Shown one piece after another: positions 21,600-32,069 of a stretch of 64,000 nucleotides of DNA. The stretch is from contig JAAYNS010000084.1 in NCBI GenBank assembly GCA_012520755.1, positions 3,808-67,807 of the forward strand. Direction: 5' to 3'. The notes beneath the pieces are model-generated. The model searched no databases. It was not told where the DNA came from and worked only from the letters and a program-made list of their open reading frames with translations. This stretch comes from Tissierellia bacterium. Lineage in GTDB: Bacteria > Bacillota > Clostridia > Tissierellales > Tissierellaceae. The translations under genes were made by a program, and so were the position numbers. The stretch's first letter is position 1; each line of letters starts with the position of its first letter.

Positions 21600-22781
21600 A
21601 TGCTAGCTATAAAAATATGGAATAATTTTAAAGGTTATGTTATTATTAGAATTGAAGGATTACAGTTGGAAAGACTGTTAAATTTAGCCTTATCTCAAGA
21701 CATTTATTTGTGGGATGTAAGGAGGCTAAATAATTATCAGGTAGAAATTTGCGTAAGTCCAAAAGGTCTTGCATATTTAATTGAATTAATAGATAAAGTA
21801 GGATGTAAGTACGAAATACTACAGAAAAAAGGCTTACCCTATTTCATTGAGAGGGTCAAACATAGAAAGATGTTTCTTACTGGCTTTATACTATTTTTCT
21901 TAATTGTATTTTTATTGTCATCTTTTATATGGAAAATTGAAATTAATGGTTTAGAGCAAACACCTCAAGAAAAAGTAGTTGAATACTTGGGTGATAATGG
22001 AATAATGTCAGGTACACCTAAAATAAGGATTTCAGAAGATGAAGTTGAACTCTTGTTAATGAATGAATACAATTATTTTTCCTTTATAGAAGTGCAGAAA
22101 AAGGGCGTAAAATTAATTATTGATATAAAAGAAGAGACTATTTCTCCTGAAAAGGTTGATAGGAGCTATCCTGCTAATATTATAGCAGCTAAAAAAGGCC
22201 TTGTGGAAAAAGTTGTAGCTAGAAATGGAGATGCATTAGTTGAAGCAGGCGAAATTGTAAGAGAAGGGCAAGTTCTTATAAGTGGTGCTATGTTAACAAA
22301 TGAAAGTGAAATCTATTTAGTTCATGCTGAAGGTGAGATTTTGGCAAGAACAAGATATGAGTCTGAAGTTATTGAGCCAATAGTTAAGAAGATAGAAAGG
22401 GAAACTGGAAATATATTCAAACAAAAAGGCCTAAAAATAAATAATAGAGGAGTTAGATTTATTAAGGATATTCCTTTTACAGATTACAAAGAATACATAA
22501 GAGAAGAAAAATTGTTTGATTTTGATATTATTGATATACCTATAAATATTATTACTTATGAATATAGAGAAATTGAAATAGAAGAGATTAAACAAAATAT
22601 TGATACACTCAAAAATTCCAATCAATTAAAGGCTATTGAAGAAATAAATTTACAAATTAAGGAAGGCGCTGAAATAGTAGCAAGGGATATAAAGCATGAG
22701 ATAAACGGTAATAATTTAATTACAAATGTGGTAATAGAAACTATTGAGGAAATTGGCAAGAAAGTCATTATAGATAACTAG
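21600..22781 (+). CDS. yqfD: Sporulation protein YqfD
   Basis: GYVIIRIEG...ERLLN, IWKIEING, GQVLISG, VHAEG. Confidence 0.93.
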   Translation: MLAIKIWNNFKGYVIIRIEGLQLERLLNLALSQDIYLWDVRRLNNYQVEICVSPKGLAYLIELIDKVGCKYEILQKKGLPYFIERVKHRKMFLTGFILFFLIVFLLSSFIWKIEINGLEQTPQEKVVEYLGDNGIMSGTPKIRISEDEVELLLMNEYNYFSFIEVQKKGVKLIIDIKEETISPEKVDRSYPANIIAAKKGLVEKVVARNGDALVEAGEIVREGQVLISGAMLTNESEIYLVHAEGEILARTRYESEVIEPIVKKIERETGNIFKQKGLKINNRGVRFIKDIPFTDYKEYIREEKLFDFDIIDIPINIITYEYREIEIEEIKQNIDTLKNSNQLKAIEEINLQIKEGAEIVARDIKHEINGNNLITNVVIETIEEIGKKVIIDN

Positions 22782-22792
22782 GAGGTTAAAGC

Positions 22793-23767
22793 TTGGCTGA
22801 AAGAATTGAACAAAGCATAGAAATAGAAAACCATCAAATTATTAATGAAATATTTGGAGACCTTGACGAAAACATCGAGATAATCAAAAAAGAATTAAAT
22901 ATAGATGTTAAAGTTAACAATAATGAAATACAGATATTTGGTGAACCCAGGTCTGTAGAAAAGGGTATTAAACTAATGTATGATTTAAAAGAGATTGTTA
23001 AAGAACACAATAGATTAGGAAAACATGACTTAAGATATGCAATAAACCAAGTTGTAGAGGGTAATGGCGATGACTTAACAGACTTACTCAAGGATGTTGT
23101 ATGTGTAACTTCTTCAGGTAAGAGCATAAAACCAAAGACTTTTGGTCAAAAAAGATATATTGAATCTATAAGGCACAATGATATAGTATTTGCTGTTGGA
23201 CCCGCTGGTACTGGCAAGACATATCTTGCTATGGCTATGGCAGTTCAAGCCTTTAAGAATAAAAAGGTTAATAGGATAATCCTTACTAGGCCAGCAGTAG
23301 AAGCGGGAGAAAGTTTAGGATTTTTACCTGGAGACTTACAAGAAAAGGTAGACCCCTATTTAAGACCTATATATGATGCCTTGTTTGAAATTTTAGGTTA
23401 TGATATTTATGAAAAGTATGTAGAAAGAGGTTTAATAGAAGTTGCACCTTTAGCTTATATGAGAGGAAGGACTCTTGATTCTGCATATGTAATATTAGAT
23501 GAAGCTCAAAATACTACAAATGAGCAAATGAAAATGTTCTTAACCAGACTAGGTTTTGGTTCAAAAGCTATTATTACGGGGGATATTACTCAAGTTGATT
23601 TGCCAAAGGGAAAGCAATCAGGACTAAGAACGGTGACAAAAATATTAAATAATGTTAAAGGAATTGATTTTATATATTTGTCTAAGCAGGATATAGTTAG
23701 ACATCCTTTAGTTCAAAGGATTATTGATGCATATGAAAAATATGAAGGCACAATTAATGAACCATAG
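22793..23767 (+). CDS. phoH: PhoH family ATPase
   Basis: GPAGTGKTYLA, RPAVEAGE.LGFLPG, LDEAQN, VRHPLV. Confidence 0.97.
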   Translation: MAERIEQSIEIENHQIINEIFGDLDENIEIIKKELNIDVKVNNNEIQIFGEPRSVEKGIKLMYDLKEIVKEHNRLGKHDLRYAINQVVEGNGDDLTDLLKDVVCVTSSGKSIKPKTFGQKRYIESIRHNDIVFAVGPAGTGKTYLAMAMAVQAFKNKKVNRIILTRPAVEAGESLGFLPGDLQEKVDPYLRPIYDALFEILGYDIYEKYVERGLIEVAPLAYMRGRTLDSAYVILDEAQNTTNEQMKMFLTRLGFGSKAIITGDITQVDLPKGKQSGLRTVTKILNNVKGIDFIYLSKQDIVRHPLVQRIIDAYEKYEGTINEP

Positions 23768-23776
23768 ATTATCTTC

Positions 23777-23808
23777 AAGGGATTGTATAAAATACATTAT
23801 CCCTTTTT
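23777..23808 (+). terminator. Hairpin between phoH and ybeY
   Basis: aagggat-tgtat-aaa-ataca-tt-atccctt plus ttt. Confidence 0.65.
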
Positions 23809-23840
23809 AAATTAGAATCTTTATGGAAGAGGAGATTTAT

Positions 23841-24293
23841 ATGAACTATGATATTGATAATAGGCAAACTAAATATGAAATCACTGAAAACATCGAGAAG
23901 TTAATTGATGAAGTAATAAATGAATGCTTAATAGTTGAAGGTAAAAAAGGCGAATATGAAGTTAGTGTTTCCTTTGTTGACAATAAAGAGATACGAATTT
24001 TGAATCGAGATTATAGGGGAGTAGATAAAGTAACTGATGTTTTGTCTTTTCCTATGGAGGATGATTTTAATTTATCAACCACAATACTAGGTGATATTGT
24101 AATATCTGCTGAAAAAGCAGACGAACAATCAAGAGAATATGGACATGATTTGGAAAGGGAAATCGCATATTTAGTAGCTCATAGTATGTTTCATCTAATG
24201 GGTTATGACCATATGAATAATGAGGAAAAGAAAATTATGCGAGAAAAAGAAAAAAAAGTAATGAAAAATCTAAAAATATTTAAGAGTTCTTAG
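23841..24293 (+). CDS. ybeY: rRNA maturation endoribonuclease YbeY
   Basis: TDVLSFP, LGDIVIS, HSMFHLMGYDH. Confidence 0.97.
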   Translation: MNYDIDNRQTKYEITENIEKLIDEVINECLIVEGKKGEYEVSVSFVDNKEIRILNRDYRGVDKVTDVLSFPMEDDFNLSTTILGDIVISAEKADEQSREYGHDLEREIAYLVAHSMFHLMGYDHMNNEEKKIMREKEKKVMKNLKIFKSS

Positions 24294-24304
24294 GGTGAAA
24301 TTAG

Positions 24305-25009
24305 ATGAAAATAAATAGACTTATAGAGACTTTTAATCATGCAATAAATGGTATTTTATGGGCTATTAAATCCGAAAAAAATTTAAGGCGTCATTATCTA
24401 ATAGCTGTTTTAGTTTTATTTATAAGTCTCTTCTACAATCTTAGTAGAATGGAGTTTTTAATGCTTTTAATTACTGTGTCTTTAGTTTTAATTACAGAAA
24501 TGATAAATACATCCATAGAAAAAGCCATAGACATATATACAAAAGATTTTCATCCCTTAGCAAAAATCGCAAAGGATGTATCTGCCGGAGCAGTATTAAT
24601 TGCAGCTTTAAATTCTATTGTAGTAGGATATTTAATCTTCTTTGATAGACTAAATAATTTGGCTGATATAGTAATATTTAAAATAAGGAATTCTCCAATT
24701 CATTTAACATTTATAGCAATATTTTTAGTTATTATTTTTACTATTGGATTAAAAGCTAAATACTATAGAGGTAGGGGAACACATTTTCAAGGGGGAACTG
24801 TTAGTGGACATGCTGCGTTATCATTTTGTATAGCTACAATAATTGCATCCTTAGTAAATAATATTCTAATAATGACCCTAGCTTATGTGCTAGCCTTATT
24901 TGTTGCAGAAAGCAGAATAGAAGGGAAAATACATACATTTATGGAGGTTATTAATGGTGCATTACTTGGAACTCTAATTGGTATTTTAATATTTCAAATC
25001 ATTGCTTAG
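24305..25009 (+). CDS. dgkA: Diacylglycerol/undecaprenol kinase fused to a PAP2-like domain
   Basis: EMINTSIEKAID and AKDVSAGAVL (DgkA), then SGH and SRIEGKIH (PAP2). Confidence 0.9.
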   Translation: MKINRLIETFNHAINGILWAIKSEKNLRRHYLIAVLVLFISLFYNLSRMEFLMLLITVSLVLITEMINTSIEKAIDIYTKDFHPLAKIAKDVSAGAVLIAALNSIVVGYLIFFDRLNNLADIVIFKIRNSPIHLTFIAIFLVIIFTIGLKAKYYRGRGTHFQGGTVSGHAALSFCIATIIASLVNNILIMTLAYVLALFVAESRIEGKIHTFMEVINGALLGTLIGILIFQIIA

Positions 25010-25037
25010 CCATAAAACTATTTCAGGAGGAAGTCAA

Positions 25038-26075
25038 ATGAAAAGAACAATATTAATGATTTTATTATTAGGGATTATTATGACAGGGTGTGAAAAGCCT
25101 ATTGAAGAACCAACAATAATTGATGTAGATAAACCTGAAGAAGTTGAAGAAGAAGTAGAAACAATAGCTCACGAAATAAAGGAAGGGGTACCATCACCAC
25201 TTAGTGGCTTATATGCACCTGAGGAAATAGTAGGACAGAGAGTAGTAGCTGTTATGTTTGATAATCATCCTAGGGCTAGATGGCAAGCAGGTTTAAAAGA
25301 TGCTGAAATAGTTTATGAGTTTCCCGTGGAAGCTCCTTATACTAGATATTTAGGATTATTTCTAATCAATGCTCCTGAATCCATAGGCCCTATTAGGAGT
25401 TCACGGCCGTATTTTGTTACAAAAGCACTGGAATTTGATGCGATTTATGTACGAGTAGGTGGTAGTGAACAAGCAAAAAAGGACGTCAGGAGTTTAAAGA
25501 TTGCAGATATTGATGGTTTAACAAGTTCAAGTAAAGTATTTTGGAGAAAATCTCATAAAAAAGCTCCAAATAATTTATATTCGAGTATGGAAGTAATAAG
25601 GGAAACACAAGAAGAAAGAAATTACAAGCTAACTGGAGACTATGAAGGGTTCAAATTTTATCCTGATGATACTAATATCAAAGGAGATGAAGCCAAAACA
25701 GTATTAATTAATTATTTTAACAAAAATACATCAAAGTTTATATATGACGAAGATGAAAAAGTATATACTAGAGAAAAGGACGGAGAACTACATATTGATG
25801 AGTCAGATGAATCACCAATTACAGCAAAAAATATAATTATCCAACAAGTAGATGTGAGAGTGATAGACAATGAAGGAAGGCTTGAGCTTGGTTTAATTGG
25901 TGAAGGAACGGGAAAACTTATAACTAATGGTAATTCTATTGATATAAAGTGGTTTAAAGATTCAAGAGAATCAAAAACATATTATTATAATAATCTTGGA
26001 GATGAAATAATGCTAAACTCAGGAACTACTTGGATTCAAGTAGTAGACACAAGATCATCAATAGAAATTGAATGA
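25038..26075 (+). CDS. DUF3048/YerB-like lipoprotein
   Basis: Lipobox MTGC; DNHPRARWQAGL, EFPVEAPYTR, GPIRSSRPY, APNNLY. Confidence 0.85.
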   Translation: MKRTILMILLLGIIMTGCEKPIEEPTIIDVDKPEEVEEEVETIAHEIKEGVPSPLSGLYAPEEIVGQRVVAVMFDNHPRARWQAGLKDAEIVYEFPVEAPYTRYLGLFLINAPESIGPIRSSRPYFVTKALEFDAIYVRVGGSEQAKKDVRSLKIADIDGLTSSSKVFWRKSHKKAPNNLYSSMEVIRETQEERNYKLTGDYEGFKFYPDDTNIKGDEAKTVLINYFNKNTSKFIYDEDEKVYTREKDGELHIDESDESPITAKNIIIQQVDVRVIDNEGRLELGLIGEGTGKLITNGNSIDIKWFKDSRESKTYYYNNLGDEIMLNSGTTWIQVVDTRSSIEIE

Positions 26076-26089
26076 CAGGAGGTATTGTA

Positions 26090-26500
26090 GTGGATAATAA
26101 AGAACTAATAAGAAAAGCTCTCGAAGCTAAGGAAGACGCCTATGTACCTTATTCATCTTATCACGTAGGTGCGGCTTTAATAACCCAAGATAATGAAGTA
26201 TATACTGGTTGTAATATTGAAATTGCTTCATATTCTCCGACAATATGTGCTGAAAGGACAGCTATTTTTAAGGCCGTTTCAGAGGGACATCATAAAATCA
26301 AGACTATTGCAATAGTAGGAGACACTCCCTTTACATATCCATGCGGTGTGTGTAGACAGGTAATTAGGGAATTTGGGAAAGATGCAAAGATTATAATTGC
26401 CAACAACGAAGATGATTATAGAGAGTATAGCTTAGATGAATTGCTACCTCATAGTTTTGGTCCAGAAGACTTAGAAAATGCAAATGATAATAATAGATAG
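26090..26500 (+). CDS. cdd: Cytidine deaminase (homotetrameric type)
   Basis: CAERTA, PCGVCRQ; GTG start after AGGAGG. Confidence 0.96.
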   Translation: MDNKELIRKALEAKEDAYVPYSSYHVGAALITQDNEVYTGCNIEIASYSPTICAERTAIFKAVSEGHHKIKTIAIVGDTPFTYPCGVCRQVIREFGKDAKIIIANNEDDYREYSLDELLPHSFGPEDLENANDNNR

Positions 26501-26511
26501 GGAGAGCTTAT

Positions 26512-27396
26512 ATGTATAAATCAGGTTTTGTGACTGTTATAGGCAGGCCAAATGTGGGTAAATCAACATTGTTGAATCAAGTAATTGGGGAGAAGATATC
26601 TATAATTTCAGATAAGCCTCAAACTACGAGAAATAAGATACTCATGGTATATACTGAAGATGATTTCCAAATTGTTTTTTTAGATACGCCAGGTATACAA
26701 ATGCCAAAGAATAAGCTTGGGGATTATATGCTTAAAATATCTGAAAGCACTTTAGAAGAAGTTGATGTTATAACATTTATGGTAGATGAGAGTATCGAAA
26801 CTGGCAAATTAGATAAGTATATTTTAGAAGAACTAGAGAGTATCTCAACACCAATTGTATTATTGATTAACAAAATTGACAAATTATCTAATGAAGAAGT
26901 ATTAAAGCTAATAGATAAGTATAATTCAATGGGGTTATTTAAAGAGATCATTCCAATATCAGCTAAGAATAATGACAATATAGATATGTATATTAATACT
27001 TTAAGAACTATGTTGCCAGAAGGGCCTCAGTATTTTCCAGAGGATATGATTACTGATCAGCCTGAGAAATTTATTATTGCAGAATTAATTAGAGAAAAGG
27101 CTTTATTGAATTTAGATGAAGAAGTTCCCCATGGAATAGCTGTTGGGATTGAAAGGATCAAGCAAAGGGAAGATAAAGAAATTGTTGATGTATTTGCTAC
27201 TATATATTGCGAGAAAGACTCCCATAAGGGAATTGTAATTGGTAAAAGTGGGAAAAAACTTAAGGAAATTGGTAAGTCAGCAAGAGAAGATATAGAAAAA
27301 TTACTAGGCAGCAAGATTAATTTACAATTATGGGTAAAGGTAGAAAGAAACTGGAGAGAAAAAGACAATAAAGTAAAATATTTTGGTTATAAATAG
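26512..27396 (+). CDS. era: GTPase Era
   Basis: GRPNVGKST, DTPG, NKID, KH domain VIGKSG. Confidence 0.98.
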   Translation: MYKSGFVTVIGRPNVGKSTLLNQVIGEKISIISDKPQTTRNKILMVYTEDDFQIVFLDTPGIQMPKNKLGDYMLKISESTLEEVDVITFMVDESIETGKLDKYILEELESISTPIVLLINKIDKLSNEEVLKLIDKYNSMGLFKEIIPISAKNNDNIDMYINTLRTMLPEGPQYFPEDMITDQPEKFIIAELIREKALLNLDEEVPHGIAVGIERIKQREDKEIVDVFATIYCEKDSHKGIVIGKSGKKLKEIGKSAREDIEKLLGSKINLQLWVKVERNWREKDNKVKYFGYK

Positions 27397-27406
27397 AGAG
27401 GTTAGA

Positions 27407-28141
27407 ATGATTAAAACTGAGGGCATAGTCATAGGTGAAACGAGATATAAGGAAACTAGCAAGATACTAAATATTTATACTAATAATTTAGGAAAGATTT
27501 CTGTAATGGCTCAAGGGGCCCTTAAGCCGAAGTCTCAGTTCTTAGCTACAACCCAGATGTTTTCACATTCAGATTTTCAACTGCGTAAAGGGAGAAGTTT
27601 TTATTATATAGTGCAAGTAGATTTAATAGATTCATTTTATGCTATTAGAGAAAACATTGATAGAGTTTCCTTTGGCTTTTATATGCTAGAATTACTTAAT
27701 AAATCAGTAGCTGATGGAGAAGTAAATGAAAAATTATTTATGTTGTTTAAAAAAGGATTATCTACTTTAACTAATCTTGACGATGAGTATTTGAAATTCA
27801 TAGTTGCCTATGAATTAAAATATGTATGCTTTTTAGGCTACAGGCCTTTAATAGATAGATGCGTATCCTGTGGTAATAGCTTAAACACTGCTTTAAAATT
27901 TAGCAAGACTTTAGGCGGTCTACTATGCTCTAATTGTTATATGGAAGATATAGGTGCATTAAATGTAGATGTAAATCAAGTTAATGTGCTAAACAAGCTT
28001 TTATATAGTTCATTTGAAGATATAAAGAGTATGAGAATCATGAATGATCTATTAAAAGATATCCATTATCTATTAGTTGATTATATTTTATATAATATTG
28101 ATAGAAAAGAACTCAAATCTATGAACTTGTTAAAGATATGA
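27407..28141 (+). CDS. recO: DNA repair protein RecO
   Basis: OB-fold N-terminus, CVSC...CSNC zinc finger; follows era. Confidence 0.95.
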   Translation: MIKTEGIVIGETRYKETSKILNIYTNNLGKISVMAQGALKPKSQFLATTQMFSHSDFQLRKGRSFYYIVQVDLIDSFYAIRENIDRVSFGFYMLELLNKSVADGEVNEKLFMLFKKGLSTLTNLDDEYLKFIVAYELKYVCFLGYRPLIDRCVSCGNSLNTALKFSKTLGGLLCSNCYMEDIGALNVDVNQVNVLNKLLYSSFEDIKSMRIMNDLLKDIHYLLVDYILYNIDRKELKSMNLLKI

Positions 28142-28165
28142 TATAAGGTTTAAAGCATACAAGTA

Positions 28166-28194
28166 TTGACACAGAGAAGATTATTTGTTAGATT
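28166..28194 (+). promoter_or_regulatory. sigmaA promoter of the glyQS leader
   Basis: TTGACA-17-TAGATT with extended TG. Confidence 0.8.
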
Positions 28195-28221
28195 AAAACG
28201 TATAAGATAATAATATTATAC

Positions 28222-28410
28222 TAAGACGAAGAATGAATTGATATTGCCTATTATAGAGAGTCTAGGATGGTGGAAACTAGATATAGATGTATTGATTTAG
28301 GCACTTCTGAGTATATGTTTTGAAGTGAGTACCTCTACGGGTATTAAATAGGGTGGAACCGCGGAATTTATTTTTCGTCCCTATAGCTATGTAGAGGTTT
28401 TTTTATTTTT
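28222..28410 (+). promoter_or_regulatory. Glycine T-box riboswitch (lacks Stem II)
   Basis: AGAGA and GGTGGAA distal motifs; GGC specifier at 28300-28302; T-box AGGGTGGAACCGCG at 28350-28363; antiterminator 3' strand CGTCCCTA; U tract at 28398-28404. Confidence 0.97.
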
Positions 28411-28439
28411 AAGTTTAAATAAAATTGAGGAGGGTTACT

Positions 28440-29327
28440 ATGTTATTTCAGGATTTAATGCTGAAATTACTTAACTATTGGGGTGAAAAGGGCTGCTTAA
28501 TAATGGAGCCATATGATATTGAAAAGGGGGCTGGGACTATGAATCCTCATACTTTCCTAAGGGCTTTAGGACCAGAACCATGGGAAGTAGTATACGTCGA
28601 GCCTTCTAGACGTCCTGCAGATGCTAGATATGGAGAGAATCCAAACAGGCTTTATCAGCACCATCAGTTACAAGTAATATTAAAACCATCACCAGACAAT
28701 GTACAGGATTTATATTTGGAGAGTTTAAAGGCTATAGGCATAGATCCACACAAACACGATATAAGATTTGTTGAAGATAACTGGGAATCACCAACATTAG
28801 GGGCATGGGGCCTAGGTTGGGAGGTTTGGCTTGATGGTATGGAAATTACACAATTTACATATTTTCAACAAGTTGGTGGAATTGATTGTGAGTTAGAATC
28901 GGCAGAGCTTACATATGGGCTTGAAAGAATCGCAATGTATTTACAAGATGTAGATAATGTTTTTGATATAAAGTGGAATGAAAACATGCGATATGGTGAT
29001 ATATTCAAAAATGCTGAATATGAACATTCAGTCTATAGTTTTGAAGAAGCAGATGTAGAAGTGTTAAAAGGGCTGTTCAATACTTATGAAGAAGAAGCCA
29101 AAAAGGCAATAGCTCTTGATTTGGTAATACCAAGCTATGATTTTGTTTTAAAATGCTCCCATGCTTTTAATATACTAGATGCTAGGGGTGCAATTTCTGT
29201 ATCTGAGCGAACTTACTATATAGGAAGAGTCAGAAGTATTGCTAAATTAGTTGCATCTGCTTTTTTAAAGCAAAGAGAAGAAATGGGGTTTCCTCTATTG
29301 AAGAAGGATGGTGAATTAAATGAATAA
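28440..29327 (+). CDS. glyQ: Glycyl-tRNA synthetase alpha subunit
   Basis: [42 protein letters not shown]. Confidence 0.99.
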   Translation: MLFQDLMLKLLNYWGEKGCLIMEPYDIEKGAGTMNPHTFLRALGPEPWEVVYVEPSRRPADARYGENPNRLYQHHQLQVILKPSPDNVQDLYLESLKAIGIDPHKHDIRFVEDNWESPTLGAWGLGWEVWLDGMEITQFTYFQQVGGIDCELESAELTYGLERIAMYLQDVDNVFDIKWNENMRYGDIFKNAEYEHSVYSFEEADVEVLKGLFNTYEEEAKKAIALDLVIPSYDFVLKCSHAFNILDARGAISVSERTYYIGRVRSIAKLVASAFLKQREEMGFPLLKKDGELNE

Positions 29328-31398
29328 GAAATATCTTCTAGAAATAGGTGTTGAAGAAATGCCAGCTAGATATATAGCTGACACTATAAGCCAAATGAAA
29401 AACAATGCTGAAGAACTATTAAAAAAGGAAAGAGTTGAATATTCAAGCATTGATATATATACAACTCCAAGAAGACTTTCAATGATTATACAAGGCTTAG
29501 AAGAAAAGCAAGACACAATAGAAGAAAAGGTAAAAGGTCCTTCAAAGAAAATTGCATATGACGAAGATGGTAATCCTACAAAGGCTTTTTTAGGCTTTAT
29601 GAGAGGTCAAAGAGTAGATATGGATTCAATATTTATTGATTTAGTTAATGGCGAGGAATATGTTTTTGCAAAGATAATTAAGAAAAGCAAATCATTAGAG
29701 GAAATACTATCAACAAATATGCCAAATTTTATTAGGCTTATTAATTTTCCTAAGACTATGAAATGGGGCGGTAAGAACCTAAGATTTGCTAGACCTATTA
29801 GATGGATAGTTTCAATTCTTGAGGATAAGGTAGTTCCTTTTGACTTAGAGGGAATTGAGGTTTCAAATACTACAAGGGGTCATAGAGTTCTAGGTAATAG
29901 TAATATAGTGATAGATAATGTGGAAAATTATCCCAAACTATTAAGAGACAACTATGTAATTGTTGATCAAAAAGAACGTAAAGACATCATTAAATATGGA
30001 TCTGAAAGATTAGTTAAAGAAAAAGGTGGGACTATACAGTATGATGATGAACTATTGGATGAAATCACAAATATTGTAGAATATCCTACTCCTATAATCG
30101 GAAGAATTAAAGAGGAGTATCTGAGTCTTCCTGCTGATGTAATAACAACTCCTATGAAGGATCATCAAAGATATTTTCCAGTAGTTGATGATAGGGATAG
30201 GTTGTTGCCATATTTTATTACTGTAAGGAATGGTAATGATGAGCATTCAGACATTGTAGTAAAGGGAAATGAAAAAGTACTCGGAGCAAGGCTTGAAGAT
30301 GCTAAATTCTTCTATAATGAGGATATAATCAAACCACTAGAGGATAATGTGGAAAAATTAAAACATATAGCCTTTCAAGAAAAGCTAGGCACATTATACG
30401 ACAAAACAATGAGGATACAAAAATTAGCTGTTAAGATTGGTCAATATTTAGAAGTTGGGGAAGAAACAGAAAAGATTATAGAAAGAGCAAGCTATCTTTC
30501 AAAAGCTGATTTAGTCACCAAAATGGTTAGTGAATTTACAGAATTACAAGGTAAAATGGGTATGGAATACGCAATTAAGTCCGGTGAGAATGAGATAGTA
30601 AGCCTGGCAATATTTGAGCAATATTTACCAAGACACTCGGGAGATCAATTGCCAACTACTACATCAGGAGCTATATTATCAATAACTGATAAATTAGATA
30701 CCATTGTAGGATTGTTTGCAATCGGAATTCAGCCAACAGGTTCTCAAGATCCATTTGCTTTAAGAAGAAGTGCACTAGGAATCATTAACATTATATTAGA
30801 TAAGCAGTTGAATCTATCTTTATCAGAAATAGTGGACTTTGCTTTATATATATATGTTGATGAAAATAGTTTGGCCTTTGACTATAATAAAGTTAAATCA
30901 GATATAATGGAATTCTTCATTGGTAGAGTAAAAGCTATGTTCTTAGATATTGGGATAAGATATGATATAATAGACTCAGTAATAAGTACTAAGTCTGATG
31001 ATGTATATGATATGAAAATTAGAGCACTTAAGTTAAATGATTGGCTAATTAAAGATGATGTTCACCATATATTATCAGTCTTTAATAGACTATCGACTCT
31101 TGCTATTAAGACCGAAAATGATGAAGTAAAAAGAGATTTATTTACAAATGAAGAAATAGAATTGTACGATAGTTTTAACAATATTGAGGAAAAAACCCTT
31201 TGGTTGATAGATAGGAAGGAATATGACAAGGCCTTAGACCTGCTGACTACATTAAAAGAACCAATAGATAATTTCTTTGATAATGTTATGGTAATGGTTG
31301 AAGATGAAGACCTTAAAAATAATAGACTTGGGCTCATTAGGAAAATATATAATCTTATGATGAAAGTATGTGATTTATCACAGGTGTTAGATAAATAG
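29320..31398 (+). CDS. glyS: Glycyl-tRNA synthetase beta subunit
   Basis: [39 protein letters not shown]. Confidence 0.99.
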   Translation: MNKKYLLEIGVEEMPARYIADTISQMKNNAEELLKKERVEYSSIDIYTTPRRLSMIIQGLEEKQDTIEEKVKGPSKKIAYDEDGNPTKAFLGFMRGQRVDMDSIFIDLVNGEEYVFAKIIKKSKSLEEILSTNMPNFIRLINFPKTMKWGGKNLRFARPIRWIVSILEDKVVPFDLEGIEVSNTTRGHRVLGNSNIVIDNVENYPKLLRDNYVIVDQKERKDIIKYGSERLVKEKGGTIQYDDELLDEITNIVEYPTPIIGRIKEEYLSLPADVITTPMKDHQRYFPVVDDRDRLLPYFITVRNGNDEHSDIVVKGNEKVLGARLEDAKFFYNEDIIKPLEDNVEKLKHIAFQEKLGTLYDKTMRIQKLAVKIGQYLEVGEETEKIIERASYLSKADLVTKMVSEFTELQGKMGMEYAIKSGENEIVSLAIFEQYLPRHSGDQLPTTTSGAILSITDKLDTIVGLFAIGIQPTGSQDPFALRRSALGIINIILDKQLNLSLSEIVDFALYIYVDENSLAFDYNKVKSDIMEFFIGRVKAMFLDIGIRYDIIDSVISTKSDDVYDMKIRALKLNDWLIKDDVHHILSVFNRLSTLAIKTENDEVKRDLFTNEEIELYDSFNNIEEKTLWLIDRKEYDKALDLLTTLKEPIDNFFDNVMVMVEDEDLKNNRLGLIRKIYNLMMKVCDLSQVLDK

Positions 31399-31429
31399 TA
31401 CTTGCTATAGAAAAAGGTGGTGAAGTAAA

Positions 31430-32059
31430 ATCCAATTCAGTGAGAGGCAAGAAAGAATTATAGAAATAGTTAAGGATAATCAGCCTATTACAGGTGAAGC
31501 AATTGCCAATAAATTAAAATTAACAAGGGCTACATTGAGACCTGACCTGTCCATATTAACTATGTCAGGGATATTGGATGCCAAGCCAAAGGTAGGCTAC
31601 TTCATGACTGGAAAAACGAGATCAAGTTATGTTTCAGATACTATAAAGGATATATCTGTAAAGGATGTAATGAGTGTACCTGTAGTATTAGATGAATCAA
31701 CAAATCTATATGATGCAGTGGTATTTATGTTTGTAGAAGATGTAGGTTCTATTTATATAACAAATACTGGATTTTTGACAGGAGTTGTATCTAGAAAAGA
31801 TTTGCTTAAAAGTGCAATTGGTGGAACAGACTTACACAAAGTACCGATTGGGATGATAATGACCAGAATGCCAAATGTAATCTATGTTACTCAAGACGAT
31901 AGTGTATTAAGTGCTGCAGTAAAAATTATAGAGCATGAAATTGATGGCTTACCTGTAGTTGAAATAGTGGACGAGGAAAATAAAAACTTAAAGGTAATCG
32001 GACGGATTTCTAAAACTACTATTACAAGGTTATTTGTAGAATTGGGAAATGAGTTATAG
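31430..32059 (+). CDS. ccpN: CcpN-like HTH-CBS transcriptional regulator (probable ATC start)
   Basis: The frame of ORF 31535 is open from 31424 and encodes IQFSERQERIIEIVKDNQPITGEAIANKLKLTRATLRPDL, followed by a CBS pair. Confidence 0.9.
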   Translation: MQFSERQERIIEIVKDNQPITGEAIANKLKLTRATLRPDLSILTMSGILDAKPKVGYFMTGKTRSSYVSDTIKDISVKDVMSVPVVLDESTNLYDAVVFMFVEDVGSIYITNTGFLTGVVSRKDLLKSAIGGTDLHKVPIGMIMTRMPNVIYVTQDDSVLSAAVKIIEHEIDGLPVVEIVDEENKNLKVIGRISKTTITRLFVELGNEL

Positions 32060-32069
32060 GAGGAAAATT

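Noticed and set aside
31388-31430. Selenocysteine/TGA readthrough or frameshift to explain the ccpN start
   Set aside because: Upstream of the TGA the frame has no canonical start before the next stop (TAG 31388), and the nearby GTGs are out of frame and stop at once
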